DNA of 64,000 bases from Ignavibacteriales bacterium (GCA_026390575.1 JAPLFR010000006.1:203567-267566), one strand, 5' to 3'. Numbered from the stretch's first letter, positions 28,008-39,540 are shown. Numbers and translations are program-made. Notes: generated from the letters alone by a model not told the origin.

Positions 28008-29333
28008 TTGCTTTCCGTGAACGAATTGATCCAAGCTATAGATAACTTGACGAAAGAAACATACAAGCCTTCTGAACCTGGTGCGGCAATTATTTTAGCT
28101 AAAGATGGGAAGATTGTTTTCCGCAAAGGTCTCGGTATGGCTAATCTTGAATTTATGATTCCAATTGAACCCGATATGGTTTTCCGCTTGGGATCGATCA
28201 CAAAACAATTCACTGCTGTTGCAATACTCATGCTTGCAGAACGAGGCAGGCTGAATATCGACGATTCAGTTGATAAGTTCCTGCCAGAGTACCCCATGCA
28301 TGACCACACAATAACCATAGAGCATCTTCTGACCCATACTTCTGGAATCAAAAGCTATACAAATATGCAAGATTGGCCATCGTTATGTAGAAATGATTAC
28401 TCCGTAGAGGGATTGATCGCCTTTTTTAAGGAACAACCTATTCAGTTCGCTCCTGGAACACGCTGGGCTTACAACAATTCAGGATATATTCTTTTAGGGG
28501 CAATCATTGAGAAAGTAACGGGGCAAACATACGAACAATTTATTCAACAAAATATTTTCAATCCTTTAGGAATGATTCATTCTTTCTATGACAGTCCCAT
28601 CAGAGTTATACAACGCCGCGTTGCTGGCTACAACAAAGGTCCTGAAGGTTATACAAACGCAATGTATTTAAGTATGACGCAACCATATTCAGCAGGAGCA
28701 TTGGCATCTACAGTAGACGATTTAGTTATTTGGGATTCGGCTCTCTATACAGAACAATTACTCAGTCAAGAATCTCTTCAACAGGCTTTTACTCCGCATC
28801 AATTTGCAGATGGTTCTTCTACTGCATACGGTTATGGATGGAAAATTTCAAAATATGAAGGACATCGATTGGTAGAGCACGATGGTGATATCCAAGGTTT
28901 TAAGACTCACGCGATTCGAATGCCTGACGACCATGTCTTTGTTGCCATTCTCTCCAACAACGGAGGAACAAATCCAGAACAATTAGCATTTGAAATCGCA
29001 GCATTAGCTATTGACCGACCTTATACAGAACCACCATCTATCGAACTAAACCCTGGAGTTTTGACTCAGTATCAAGGTGTCTATCAAATCAATGGAACCG
29101 AGGAAGGACACATTGTCTGTGAAGACAGCAAGTTGTTTTCACAGCATGGACAAAATCCACGAGTGGAACTTGTACCGTTTTCATCTACAGAATTTTACTT
29201 CAAGGATAATTCATGCAACCGACTTTCCTTTATTGAATCAGATGGCATAATTATCGGAATAAAAATGCATGGACGTACTGGTATACCATTAATCGCAAAG
29301 AAGATTGCAATTCCAGCGATAAACGCGGTATAA
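28008..29333 (+). CDS. Serine hydrolase of the beta-lactamase/transpeptidase superfamily (class C beta-lactamase-like esterase)
   Basis: 441 aa. S-x-x-K active-site motif SITKQFTAVAIL, a Y-x-N-like YNNSGY, and a C-terminal lipocalin-like extension. This is the only substantial plus-strand gene in the window. Confidence 0.75.
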   Translation: MLSVNELIQAIDNLTKETYKPSEPGAAIILAKDGKIVFRKGLGMANLEFMIPIEPDMVFRLGSITKQFTAVAILMLAERGRLNIDDSVDKFLPEYPMHDHTITIEHLLTHTSGIKSYTNMQDWPSLCRNDYSVEGLIAFFKEQPIQFAPGTRWAYNNSGYILLGAIIEKVTGQTYEQFIQQNIFNPLGMIHSFYDSPIRVIQRRVAGYNKGPEGYTNAMYLSMTQPYSAGALASTVDDLVIWDSALYTEQLLSQESLQQAFTPHQFADGSSTAYGYGWKISKYEGHRLVEHDGDIQGFKTHAIRMPDDHVFVAILSNNGGTNPEQLAFEIAALAIDRPYTEPPSIELNPGVLTQYQGVYQINGTEEGHIVCEDSKLFSQHGQNPRVELVPFSSTEFYFKDNSCNRLSFIESDGIIIGIKMHGRTGIPLIAKKIAIPAINAV

Positions 29334-29630
29334 GTAAGAACGTGCGACGATCTAACATTGAATCAAGGTCTTTACAAAATACTTTTACTCTAGAAAACCT
29401 ACCTTTATCACGTAATTTGTCAACAATCTATAAACTTGCTCGGAATATTAAAAAGTTTTACCTCTGTTTATAATTAACGTGTTAGTTTTTAGGATTTAGC
29501 TGCAACACATGTGCTAACACTTGGTTTTCTAATAAACCACTATTAATCCTAAATACTTAAACTTAGAATTAGGCTGACCTACAATCCTGCCGGTTTTTGT
29601 GTGAAAGTTTATCATTGTTTTTATTGGTTT

Positions 29631-30788
29631 TTATACTTTTACTATCCACTTCATTCTATGCATTAAGTAAGCAATACCATACATAAGTAATATAAAAACA
29701 AGTGAGTGGGCAAAGGAGGCGGCAAAAGGATCGCCCCATGGCAGAAATAGTTTTTCATAATACCACTCTTGCAAGCTGATTGCATGTCCATCAGGTCTTG
29801 TGATGGTGACAAGGGATATCGTTTTTGCAATTAGCATGGAAAGCACATAAACTGAAATTGCATTCTGTCCATATATGGCAAACGGCTTTATCCACCATGT
29901 TTTGCCTTTCACTTCGATGATCCAATAGCAACAACTGAAGACGTTCAGAGCAAGCCCGGCCATAAACAAGACGTACGAGCTGGTCCACATATTCTTATTA
30001 ATGGGCAACCAATTATCCAGCACCAAACCAGTTAGAAGCAAAATATTGCCGCTCACAAACATCCAAGTCACTTTTTCTTCCTTTGAGCGTTCTGAACAGA
30101 GAAACATTCCGGTAAAGACACCCAACATTGAAGTTGCAATGGCAGGAATCGTACTAAGAATTCCTTCTGGATCAAATCCCGGAATGGGAGCTCCATCCCA
30201 TGTATGACCCTTCAAGAGATGTGAATCAATGTACCATGCAAGATTGCCTTTTGGTAACCAGACGCCAACACCATAACCGGGAATAAAGATCGTTTTTACG
30301 AGTACCCAGTACAATGTCAGTAGAGAAAATGTTACAGCGACCTGCACACGCATCGAAAAATTCAGAACAAGTAGGCCACTTGCAAAGTAACATATTGCAA
30401 TACGTTGGAGAACGCCAGGAATGCGGATAGTACTGAACGAAAAAGGTTCCCCAAATACAAATCCAAAAGGAAAACACTCGATTAATAAACCGAGAGTAAA
30501 GATGATGACGGAACGGAACAACAGATGCATTGCAAGTTTACCTTTGTCATCACCTCGTTCAATCCGCTTGGCAAAGGAAAACATCATGGCGACACCAACG
30601 ATCCAAAGAAAGAATGGGAAAATAGTATCAGTATATGTCCATCCATTCCATTTAGCGTGCTCCCAAGGAGCATAGATATGACCCCAATCACCAGGATTGT
30701 TGACAAGCATCATTCCGGCAATAGTAGCGCCTCGAAAAACATCAAGTGAACGTAATCGCTGCTGAGTCGATGAAGATTCATTTGACAT
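29631..30788 (-). CDS. NagX/HGSNAT-like multi-pass membrane acyltransferase (DUF1624/DUF5009 type)
   Basis: 385 aa, ~11 TMs. N-terminal LRSLDVFRGATIAGMMLVNNPGDWGHIYAPWEHAKWNGWTYTDTIFPFFLW matches the heparan-alpha-glucosaminide N-acetyltransferase-like bacterial NagX family found in GlcNAc regulons. Confidence 0.6.
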   Translation of the reverse strand: MSNESSSTQQRLRSLDVFRGATIAGMMLVNNPGDWGHIYAPWEHAKWNGWTYTDTIFPFFLWIVGVAMMFSFAKRIERGDDKGKLAMHLLFRSVIIFTLGLLIECFPFGFVFGEPFSFSTIRIPGVLQRIAICYFASGLLVLNFSMRVQVAVTFSLLTLYWVLVKTIFIPGYGVGVWLPKGNLAWYIDSHLLKGHTWDGAPIPGFDPEGILSTIPAIATSMLGVFTGMFLCSERSKEEKVTWMFVSGNILLLTGLVLDNWLPINKNMWTSSYVLFMAGLALNVFSCCYWIIEVKGKTWWIKPFAIYGQNAISVYVLSMLIAKTISLVTITRPDGHAISLQEWYYEKLFLPWGDPFAASFAHSLVFILLMYGIAYLMHRMKWIVKV

Positions 30789-30927
30789 AGAAAGCCATTA
30801 TTTTGAATTCTGGAGTGTATTTGTTAACTCAATCACGCACAAATAGCTCCGATTCATTATCACGAATATTAATTAAAAAATAAATCAAACTTTATTTATC
30901 AGCCTTATGTCTTTGCATATCTTGCGT

Positions 30928-32607
30928 TTAAAATTTCTCCAGAATATTGTATTTCTGTTTTCTCACTCTTACCTCCTCGGTCAACTTCCTTTTTGTGATG
31001 TCGCGAAGCACTCCTTGCGTACCTACAAGAACTCCATTTTCATAAATTGGATTTGAACGATCCTCCAAGCAAACGCTACGCCCATCTTTGCAACGCCACC
31101 ATGCCACCCAAACTGGCGCCGCACGTTTCTTCTGCGTTTTGAAACTGTCAAATGTATCCTGCTGTGCGTTGAACTGGTTATTCTCGATTACATTAGAAAG
31201 AAATACCTGTCGTCCTCCCATTTTTTGAATATCTTCCATTGTGTATCCAAGAAGTTTTTCAAAGCTAGGGCTCAAATATGTAAATTCTCTTGTTTTCGCA
31301 TCAACGCTATAAAGCACATCCTCCGACATTAGTTTGCCTGCTGATTTTTTACTCAGTAATTTTTGACTGTTGAATTCGCCCTTAATCGACTCGTTAGTCC
31401 TTGATTCAAAGTGACCAACACATCGCTGCAGAATTTCCGTAAGATGTTGCAGATCGTCTGCAGCACGTGCAATCTGATGAATGCCCGATGATGTTTCTTG
31501 AGTAACGTTGGCAATGGCTTCCATGTTCTTGCTAATTTCCTCGCTAGTACTCGATTGCTCTTCGTTTGCGACAGCAATCTCTGTAACCATTTGCGTCACA
31601 TTCTGAGATATTTCTACAATTTCTTTTAGTGATGCACCGGCCTGATCCGCTAATATAATTCCTTCATCCACTTTACTTGTCGCATTCGCCATTGAACTCA
31701 CAGCTCCGTGGCTTTCTGCTTGGATGTGTTGAATCATTCCTGCAATTTGTTTTGTCGCTTTTGTAGTCTGCTCTGCCAATTTCCTCACTTCATCAGCAAC
31801 CACTGCAAATCCTCGTCCCTGTTCGCCTGCCCTTGCCGCCTCAATGGCAGCATTAAGAGCTAAAAGATTTGTTTGATCAGCTATGTGTTCAATCACTTCT
31901 ATGATTTCTCCAATCTGATCACTCGATTTTCCAAGATTTTGAATTGTCGTGGCGGCATCTCGAACAACATTTGCAATTTGTTTCATCTCCACAACTGTGT
32001 TTGCAACGAGTTTACCACCCTGTTCTGCCGCAGTTTTGGCTTGCTTTGCAGTCTGAGCTGCTTCTGATGCGTTTTCTGAATTAACAGCAATACTCTTTGC
32101 CATTTGTTCAACAGCCGCTGCTATTTCCTCAGATTGTGTAGTTTGCTCTGTGGAACCAGCCGCCATCTCTTCTGTGCTCGAACTAATTTCAGTGCTTGCG
32201 CTAGCAACTGATGTCGCTGATTCGGAAACCTGAAGGAGTGCATCTCGCAAAGTGGATACAAATCGATCAAAGGAATCTTGAAGGCGACCTATCTCGTCTC
32301 CTCTGCTTGTGTTGAATTGTGTGTCTAGATCTGCATTCTCAATGCTTGTCTGTACATCTTTGATTTCTTGTATAAAAAGGCGCACAAGAATAACAACCCA
32401 GCCAATACTTAGCAAAAATAATATTAAGAAAATTTCAATAAAGACCGTATCTGAAAATAAGTGCATATTTTGAATCGATGCTTCATATTCGGCTGATGTT
32501 GACTTGCTGAGAAAGAAAAAAAGAAAAAAAAGAAAAATTAAAAGAAATGGGATCAGGAAAATACCCAATAATCTAACTTGCAGGGATTTTTTAAATAAAT
32601 TTTTCAT
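30928..32607 (-). CDS. Methyl-accepting chemotaxis protein with C-terminal PAS domain
   Basis: 559 aa. Two TMs with a very short periplasmic loop, a HAMP, the MCP signalling domain ([34 protein letters not shown]), then a C-terminal PAS-like module ([28 protein letters not shown]...[13 protein letters not shown]). Confidence 0.8.
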   Translation of the reverse strand: MKNLFKKSLQVRLLGIFLIPFLLIFLFFLFFFLSKSTSAEYEASIQNMHLFSDTVFIEIFLILFLLSIGWVVILVRLFIQEIKDVQTSIENADLDTQFNTSRGDEIGRLQDSFDRFVSTLRDALLQVSESATSVASASTEISSSTEEMAAGSTEQTTQSEEIAAAVEQMAKSIAVNSENASEAAQTAKQAKTAAEQGGKLVANTVVEMKQIANVVRDAATTIQNLGKSSDQIGEIIEVIEHIADQTNLLALNAAIEAARAGEQGRGFAVVADEVRKLAEQTTKATKQIAGMIQHIQAESHGAVSSMANATSKVDEGIILADQAGASLKEIVEISQNVTQMVTEIAVANEEQSSTSEEISKNMEAIANVTQETSSGIHQIARAADDLQHLTEILQRCVGHFESRTNESIKGEFNSQKLLSKKSAGKLMSEDVLYSVDAKTREFTYLSPSFEKLLGYTMEDIQKMGGRQVFLSNVIENNQFNAQQDTFDSFKTQKKRAAPVWVAWWRCKDGRSVCLEDRSNPIYENGVLVGTQGVLRDITKRKLTEEVRVRKQKYNILEKF

Positions 32608-32807
32608 AACTACACCCCTTCTTTTTCAAACTAATATGCCTTTTCCTTTTAATATTTGCTATCAGTTTTATATGATTCTATGATAAGACTTTTCCTACAT
32701 AAAACCAGTTTGAGATTATTGTCAAGTCTGAGATTTTATCTTCTTTCATCGTAAGAATCCCAAATCAAACACATGGGGATAAACTATCGTTAGATTCAAC
32801 AGAATTA

Positions 32808-34397
32808 TTACCATGTTATTTGTGGTGACTTATAGAAATTGACTCCCATCATTGTCAATCGCGATCCGTGCTCTGCAAGACGGTTTTTATAGTCAATCCA
32901 ATTTCTTTTAGCTTCCTGCGACCAACCAATCTCTGCATAACCTACAAGCCGCGGAAATACCTTATATTCAATGTCAGCCATAGTCCGAATAGTCTCTGTC
33001 CAGAGAGGAGCTTCTATTCCGAGAACATCTTTTTCAGTTACACTATTCACCTCTGAGGCAGGATCCCACATATAAGCATCCTTCACTTCTATACATCCCG
33101 CCCAATCTTGACCTAAAACCTCGGAAGGATTATATTTCATATCAAGATATGCTTTTGATGCCGGAGACATAATAATTTTTATTCCTTGTTGAACAGCTTT
33201 TTGCGCTCCGTCATCTACCCAATGTTGAACAATTGTTGATGGGAAAAGATGAGACGGCGATATTTCTTCCCATCCAATCATGTGTTTATGATGAGACAGA
33301 ACGATCGCCTGCACCCGTTCAATAAACCGAATGTAGTCTTCTTTTTTTGTTGCTCTCGCTTCATCTCCTCCGATATGGATATACTGTCCAGGAGTTATTG
33401 TGCAAAGCTCCTTTATCACATCTTCGATAAATGTATAGGTGGAATCTTTATATATACTTAAAGTACTGAATCCAACACCGGTTTTTTCATAGAGCTGTGG
33501 CGCTACGCCATTTTCGTTCAATACTGGATACGAAGCAAGTGCAGCATTGGTATGCCCAGGCATGTCAATTTCTGGAATTGTAATGATGTACTGCTTTTGA
33601 GCATACGCAACAATCTCTGCATACTCCGCTTGCGTATAATATCCTCCAGATCCACCATTTACCTGCGTACTTCCTCCAATTAGAGCTAAATTTGGCCATG
33701 AGTTAATCATCAGGCGCCATCCCTGATCGTCTGTTAAATGAAGATGTAGGCGATTTATTTTATAGTAGGCAATTAAATCAATGAAATGTTTGATATCGCT
33801 TACGCTGAAGAAATGTCTTGCAACATCTAACATCGCACCGCGCCATTCAAATCGAGGATAATCTCTGATTGAAACAACAGTCATCTCCCACTTGCATGGT
33901 TGAACTGTTGAACTTTCGATAGAAGGAGGTAATAGCTGTCTGATTGTTTGCACACCACGAAATAGTCCTGCCGGCTGATAAGCTTCTAATGTTACACTAT
34001 CAGCCTTTACCCACAATTTATATCCCTCATCACCTAAGAGTGTATCTCTACCAATAGTAAGAAAAAGATTTCCTTTCTCAGAGATATCTTTGCCTGTCAA
34101 GACCTTTATATTGAACCCTGTGGAAACATTAATTTTGTCAGCAAGAAATTGGCCAATGTCCCGCATTTCTTGTGTCCCTGGAGAGACGTAGATGGAAGCA
34201 TTTGCAGACAATACAAACGAGCTATCTCCCCATTTGATGAAGTCAGGTAATGGGATTAAACCGCTGGGCTGAGAAGGGAACATTGCAGTGGTCCTCTGGA
34301 TTTCTGTCGGTGCCAACAACTTGCAAGAATTTAACATCAATGCAATAAATAATAACACCCCAAAATAAAAAGGACGTAAAATAAATGTGAACTTCAT
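32808..34397 (-). CDS. Beta-N-acetylhexosaminidase, glycoside hydrolase family 20 (lipoprotein)
   Basis: 529 aa. Lipoprotein signal (LMLNSC). GH20 N-terminal domain. Catalytic region with RGAMLDVARHF, LHLHLTDDQGWR, and the D-E pair in HIGGDEA. Followed by W..E (EAPLWTE). Confidence 0.85.
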   Translation of the reverse strand: MKFTFILRPFYFGVLLFIALMLNSCKLLAPTEIQRTTAMFPSQPSGLIPLPDFIKWGDSSFVLSANASIYVSPGTQEMRDIGQFLADKINVSTGFNIKVLTGKDISEKGNLFLTIGRDTLLGDEGYKLWVKADSVTLEAYQPAGLFRGVQTIRQLLPPSIESSTVQPCKWEMTVVSIRDYPRFEWRGAMLDVARHFFSVSDIKHFIDLIAYYKINRLHLHLTDDQGWRLMINSWPNLALIGGSTQVNGGSGGYYTQAEYAEIVAYAQKQYIITIPEIDMPGHTNAALASYPVLNENGVAPQLYEKTGVGFSTLSIYKDSTYTFIEDVIKELCTITPGQYIHIGGDEARATKKEDYIRFIERVQAIVLSHHKHMIGWEEISPSHLFPSTIVQHWVDDGAQKAVQQGIKIIMSPASKAYLDMKYNPSEVLGQDWAGCIEVKDAYMWDPASEVNSVTEKDVLGIEAPLWTETIRTMADIEYKVFPRLVGYAEIGWSQEAKRNWIDYKNRLAEHGSRLTMMGVNFYKSPQITW

Positions 34398-34510
34398 AAT
34401 AAGGCAACAATTTTGGTCGTATAGATAAGAAGATGTAATTTTAATTTATCCCTGTGTCTTTAAAATCCATTAAAGAATATTTTCGAAAGCAATTAGAAAA
34501 CAATTTTGTT

Positions 34511-36496
34511 TTATATCAATCCTTTAAGAAACTCAAGCGCACTTTTTGCTTTAGCTTCAATCTGTACAGAGTCCTCTCTCACACTTTTAACAAAGCTGTT
34601 GTGTTCATACGTATCACGAACGGCCACAAAATCGGCATCACGTACCATTTCATCACCATCGATTCCATAGCTCAACTTTGTATCAGAGTTAAACTCTTTC
34701 ATAGCATCCTGTAGAATCATATTGTTGAACTTTAACGCAGTAGTTTTCCATTCATCTATAATAATTTTCAATGTCTCTATTGTAACATTATTGATAGGTT
34801 GATTTGATCGGATTTCGATCAGTTTTGCACACCATTTCCATTCTTCTTGATCATAGTTTTTATGGATATCCAAAAGCTGTCTGTGGAAATCCTGAATATC
34901 TTTGATCTCACCATTAATAATCCTATTTATAAAATTTGTGATTACTGGTTCGGGAGCTAATAGACCGTTGATATCGAGCCAATGAGTTAATTCATTGGCT
35001 ACGTCCTGAGAAAGTGCAGATTGAATTTCTTTGAAAGAAGATAAACTGCCAAGAGAATTTAATTTCCTCAATACGCAATCACCTAAAAACATCTTGATCG
35101 CCATTTCATAGTACTTGCTGGAGGTTTTGACGAGTAACTTTTGGATGGAAATGCCATTGAAGTTAATATAATCTTGTCCTTCGCGTGCGTGTTGAGACAA
35201 CTCTTTGAGCTTTTCAAGCCCGTGAAGAATTTTTCCAATGAGAAAAGGCGACCAGACATTGAAGTGAAGCAAGTCTAATTTGATTTGATCCTTTCGTCCG
35301 TCGCGGGCAGGCCACTTCATACTATCGCGTCTCGTACCCACAGTGAACATATTCATTGCAGGTACACAGACACTTCTTCCTTCGTGTTCACTAATAACCG
35401 AAAAAGGTAATTCCGATGTATTGAAGTTTGCATAATGCTTACCAATCACATTCGTGAATGGCCCAACACGACTTGGCCACAAAAGATAACTAAATGAACC
35501 TGTTTTGGCGCCACGTTCGAGGATACCCTGATGGACAGGCCCAAGCTTATACATATGATTACTTTGATTTGTACCACTGCCTGCATTATAAAATGAAAAG
35601 AAACCTGCAATTAAGAGAGAGGATTTGTGGTGTGAGACTGTATACGGACCAGCGAACACCGAACATCCCTCACCGTGGAATAATTCAGAGTTACAGAAGA
35701 ATGTGGAATTCTCCGCCGAATACTGCTTTCCTACTTTAACACTCTGTCCGACAAAACACTTTTCAAGAATTGCTGATTGGTCTATTTTCGAACCTGACAA
35801 TATTATAAACTTCCTCGCAAAAACTCCTGTCCCTATAAAAACAGGTGCTTCGCGACAGCTCTGTATCGTTCCTTCCTCTAAACAACTCGCACCTTCAATT
35901 TGTGAAAAAGCACCAATATATACATTTGATATTGTTGTTGTATTGGAGATGTGAACATTCCGCTCTATCATACCCCGGCTTGAAGTCTTAGTAGCGACAT
36001 ACTCATCTATCATTTTATTAAGCTTGTCAATCAAGTTGGGATGATGGCGATAAAAAACTATCATATACGCCATTTGTGCTGACAACCGATCAAAGATTTT
36101 TAAGGAACGTCCACCCGCTTCATTCAAGACATCAATTTCGATTCCATTGCCAAACGAACTTTGTCCATGGACTTTCAATGAAGCAACATTTTCAATAATC
36201 ACATTATCGCTAATAACATAATTCACCAGTGATGCAACGTTCGAAAGAAAAACGTTATCTCCAATGGAACAATTGTGAATAAAGCAATTTTGTATGCCAC
36301 AATCACGTTCAATTCCACTGGCAATCACAACTTTATTTTGAAATACTCCAAGTTCTATATTACCGCTAAAGGTAACATTTCTGAAATTATTGGCAGTAAA
36401 AGGATCTTTCACATGAACGTGATTCCAATCTTCAGAAGAACACCCTTGAGATTTGAGCTGTGAAATTTCAATCTCGGACAATATTCTATAACCCAT
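34511..36496 (-). CDS. DUF4954-like protein with two left-handed beta-helix (hexapeptide-repeat) regions
   Basis: 661 aa, no signal peptide. Clear hexapeptide periodicity (IGDNVF/LSNVAS/LVNYVI/SDNVII/ENVASL, and again around NVHISNTTTISNVYIGAFSQIEGAS...) typical of LpxA/LpxD-type acyltransferases. A conserved neighbour of nagB in Bacteroidota (from memory). Confidence 0.45.
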   Translation of the reverse strand: MGYRILSEIEISQLKSQGCSSEDWNHVHVKDPFTANNFRNVTFSGNIELGVFQNKVVIASGIERDCGIQNCFIHNCSIGDNVFLSNVASLVNYVISDNVIIENVASLKVHGQSSFGNGIEIDVLNEAGGRSLKIFDRLSAQMAYMIVFYRHHPNLIDKLNKMIDEYVATKTSSRGMIERNVHISNTTTISNVYIGAFSQIEGASCLEEGTIQSCREAPVFIGTGVFARKFIILSGSKIDQSAILEKCFVGQSVKVGKQYSAENSTFFCNSELFHGEGCSVFAGPYTVSHHKSSLLIAGFFSFYNAGSGTNQSNHMYKLGPVHQGILERGAKTGSFSYLLWPSRVGPFTNVIGKHYANFNTSELPFSVISEHEGRSVCVPAMNMFTVGTRRDSMKWPARDGRKDQIKLDLLHFNVWSPFLIGKILHGLEKLKELSQHAREGQDYINFNGISIQKLLVKTSSKYYEMAIKMFLGDCVLRKLNSLGSLSSFKEIQSALSQDVANELTHWLDINGLLAPEPVITNFINRIINGEIKDIQDFHRQLLDIHKNYDQEEWKWCAKLIEIRSNQPINNVTIETLKIIIDEWKTTALKFNNMILQDAMKEFNSDTKLSYGIDGDEMVRDADFVAVRDTYEHNSFVKSVREDSVQIEAKAKSALEFLKGLI

Positions 36497-36562
36497 AGAG
36501 AAACAATCCTTCCTGAAAATTAATGGGCTGCCGGTAAACGACCAGCAGCCCTTCTGAATTTT

Positions 36563-37369
36563 TTATTCTAGTTCTAATTTTAGGTGCTCTCGTTCGATGT
36601 CCTTGAAATATTTCACAGTACTTACTTTCAATTCCATGGTCGAATCATCATCACAAACGATAATTCCGTGTTTATGCAATTGAAGCATAGAGACTGTCCA
36701 GAAGTGATTCACGCCCTTTTCAACACAATGTTTTAATGCGTGCGCTTTTCCATAACCACTAATGAGGATCATAACCTCTTCGGAATCCATAACAGTTCCT
36801 ACTCCTACTGTTAATGCTGTCTTAGGAACCTTGTTGATATCGTTGTCGAAAAAACGGGAGTTGGCTTTAATCGTATCATACGTCAACGTCTTCACGCGCG
36901 TACGCGAATTCAGAGATGATCCGGGTTCGTTGAAAGCAATATGGCCATCCGGTCCGATACCACCCATAAAGAGTTTAATTCCACCTGATGCTTTGATTTT
37001 TTCTTCATATCGTTCACATTCTTTTTCTAAGTCGGGTGCATTGCCATTTAAAATATTTACGTTCTTTTTGGGAATATCGATATGATCGAAGAGATGATGA
37101 TGCATAAAGTAGTAATAGCTTTCCGGATGAGTGACGGGCAGACCGATATATTCATCCATGTTAAATGTAACAACATTCTTGAAAGAGACTTTTCCTTGTT
37201 TGTAAAATTGTACAAGTTGCTTGTATGTACCGATAGGTGTACTGCCAGTCGGTAATCCTAATACGAACGGTTTTTGCTGGGTCGGCTTAAACTTATTGAT
37301 CTTGTTTATGATATATATTGCCGCCCATTTGCTCATTGCATCTGAACTGGGTTCTATAATAATCCTCAT
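36563..37369 (-). CDS. nagB: Glucosamine-6-phosphate deaminase
   Basis: 268 aa. NagB hallmarks: [42 protein letters not shown]. Confidence 0.9.
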   Translation of the reverse strand: MRIIIEPSSDAMSKWAAIYIINKINKFKPTQQKPFVLGLPTGSTPIGTYKQLVQFYKQGKVSFKNVVTFNMDEYIGLPVTHPESYYYFMHHHLFDHIDIPKKNVNILNGNAPDLEKECERYEEKIKASGGIKLFMGGIGPDGHIAFNEPGSSLNSRTRVKTLTYDTIKANSRFFDNDINKVPKTALTVGVGTVMDSEEVMILISGYGKAHALKHCVEKGVNHFWTVSMLQLHKHGIIVCDDDSTMELKVSTVKYFKDIEREHLKLELE

Positions 37370-37402
37370 ACAATAATTCTCCTTTTTTTGAATGTGACTG
37401 AA

Positions 37403-39523
37403 TTATAACATGATTTTTGCATCTGCAACAAAAGAACCTTTTCCTTCTTCCAAGACAATTAATGGATTGATATCAAGTTCTTTGATTTGTGGACATTCCA
37501 TTGCCAGTTGAGACAGTCTCTGAAGACATTCAGCGAGGCTGGCGATATCTTTTTTAGTGCGGCCTCGAGCGCCTTTCAGCAGACGAGATGCTTTGGTATC
37601 ATCGATAATGCGATGGGCAGTAATTCTATCGATCGGTGCAACTCGGAACGCGACATCTTTGAATACTTCAACAAAAATGCCGCCAAAACCGAACATGATC
37701 ACTGCACCAAAAGATGGATCGCGTTTGAGTCCCAAAATTACTTCTTCTCCCTGTGGAATTTGTTTCGTCACCATAATACCTTGAATTTTTGCTTCAGGTA
37801 CCAGACGCGTTACATTTTCCATAATTGAAGTATATGCAATCTCAGCCTCTTGGTGGGATTGAATGTTCAGAACCACACCTTTGACATCGAATTTGTGAAT
37901 GATATCGTCAGAAATAATTTTCATGACCACTGGAAAGCCTATATCTGCAGCAAGTTTCGCCGCATCTGCTTTAGAATGGACAATTACATTTTCCACAACA
38001 GGCAGACCATATGCTTTGAGAACACTTACTGCTTCAGCCTCAGGCAAATAGCTTCTTTTATTTTCTATGGCTGAATTCAGAATTGCGTGTGCTTTTCCTT
38101 TATCAATCTTTTCGAATATCTCTATTCCGTTTGTATGCTCATTCAAACTTTCTCGAAAAAGATTGGCGCTCGCAAACGATTTGCACATGGATTCAGGTAA
38201 AATGTAATGCGGAATTTTATTCCTCAGTAAAATATCAATTCCGGAAGCAACATCTGCTGCACCCATAAAAGATGTATAAATTGGTTTGTCGAATTTGTGG
38301 GAGACTGAAACAACCTCAGAAGCAATTGTGTTAATATCAGTCATCGACTGTGGAGTGAGAATCACAAAAGCTCCATCAACATTATCATCTTTCATTGCTT
38401 CCGAAATCGCAATATTGTAACGATCTGCTTTAGCATCACCGATGACATCAACTGGATTCTTGATATTTGCAGTCTTTGGCAGATTTTTTCTGAATACTTC
38501 GGTAGTCTCTTCAGAAAATTTTGCGAGCACCAAACCTTCATGAATAGCAGAATCTGTTGTTAGCACACCTGGACCACCAGCATTCGTGATAATTGCAATC
38601 TTATTTCCTTTTGGCAGCGGTTGATATGTTAACGCCATAGCTTTATTAAACATTTCTTCAATGTTGCCGCAGCGAAGAATACCGGCTTGTCTGAAAGCAG
38701 CATCGACAATATCGTCACTGCCTGCAAGAGAGCCTGTATGTGATGCGGCAGCAGACGCACCTTCTCTTGTCCTTCCGGATTTGATTGCAAGAATCGGCTT
38801 ACCGCATCTCTTGATTACATCTTTTGCCGCATCCATTAGGGCACGTCCATCACTGATTTCTTCCAGATATAAAAGAATAACCTTGGTCTTTGGATCATCT
38901 CCAAGATAGTACAATAAATCGATCTCACTGATGTCTGCTTTATTTCCAAAGCTCACGAATTTTGAAAATCCAATGTGCTTTGCTTGCGCATAGTCTAACA
39001 CTGCTGTGCACAATGCACCACTTTGCGAAAGGAATCCTATGCTTCCTTCTTCTGGCATTTTGCGCGCGAAAGAAGCATTGAGCATCGAACGCGGATCTGT
39101 ATTAATTACTCCCAAACAATTTGGGCCAATAAATGATATACCATATTGTTTCGCGATTTCGATTAATTTTTTTTCTCTTTCAAGGCCTTCCGTTCCGACT
39201 TCCTTGAAACCTGCAGAAATTATAACAGCCGCTTTGATTCCCTTTTGCCCACATTGCTCAAATGCCATATGGCATACAGAACTCGGAAATACTAGAATCG
39301 CGAGATCCACAGGATCCTGGATATCGATGACATATTTATAAGCCTTTACGCCAGCAATAAATTTTTCTTTAGGACTTACAGGATAGACAATACCTTGAAA
39401 ATCGGATTTCAGAATGCTTAGAACAATATCGTGCGGAACCGTACCTGGAGATTTTGTCGCTCCAATAATAGCTACCGATTGAGGATAGAATATTTTCTCG
39501 AAATTAGGTTTTTTGTCTAACAT
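37403..39523 (-). CDS. NDP(ADP)-forming acyl-/acetyl-CoA synthetase (fused CoA-binding/succinyl-CoA-synthetase-like alpha and ATP-grasp beta domains); no GNAT domain
   Basis: 706 aa. N-terminal CoA-binding Rossmann (VAIIGATKSPGTVPHDIV), the CoA-ligase flavodoxin-like segment with the conserved His loop (AAASHTGSLAGSD), and a C-terminal ATP-grasp (YGLPVVENVIVHS...GFPVVMKIIS). The architecture is like the Pat/YfiQ N-terminal module and archaeal ADP-forming ACS. Confidence 0.7.
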   Translation of the reverse strand: MLDKKPNFEKIFYPQSVAIIGATKSPGTVPHDIVLSILKSDFQGIVYPVSPKEKFIAGVKAYKYVIDIQDPVDLAILVFPSSVCHMAFEQCGQKGIKAAVIISAGFKEVGTEGLEREKKLIEIAKQYGISFIGPNCLGVINTDPRSMLNASFARKMPEEGSIGFLSQSGALCTAVLDYAQAKHIGFSKFVSFGNKADISEIDLLYYLGDDPKTKVILLYLEEISDGRALMDAAKDVIKRCGKPILAIKSGRTREGASAAASHTGSLAGSDDIVDAAFRQAGILRCGNIEEMFNKAMALTYQPLPKGNKIAIITNAGGPGVLTTDSAIHEGLVLAKFSEETTEVFRKNLPKTANIKNPVDVIGDAKADRYNIAISEAMKDDNVDGAFVILTPQSMTDINTIASEVVSVSHKFDKPIYTSFMGAADVASGIDILLRNKIPHYILPESMCKSFASANLFRESLNEHTNGIEIFEKIDKGKAHAILNSAIENKRSYLPEAEAVSVLKAYGLPVVENVIVHSKADAAKLAADIGFPVVMKIISDDIIHKFDVKGVVLNIQSHQEAEIAYTSIMENVTRLVPEAKIQGIMVTKQIPQGEEVILGLKRDPSFGAVIMFGFGGIFVEVFKDVAFRVAPIDRITAHRIIDDTKASRLLKGARGRTKKDIASLAECLQRLSQLAMECPQIKELDINPLIVLEEGKGSFVADAKIML

Positions 39524-39540
39524 TTTTATGTCTCTCGTTA

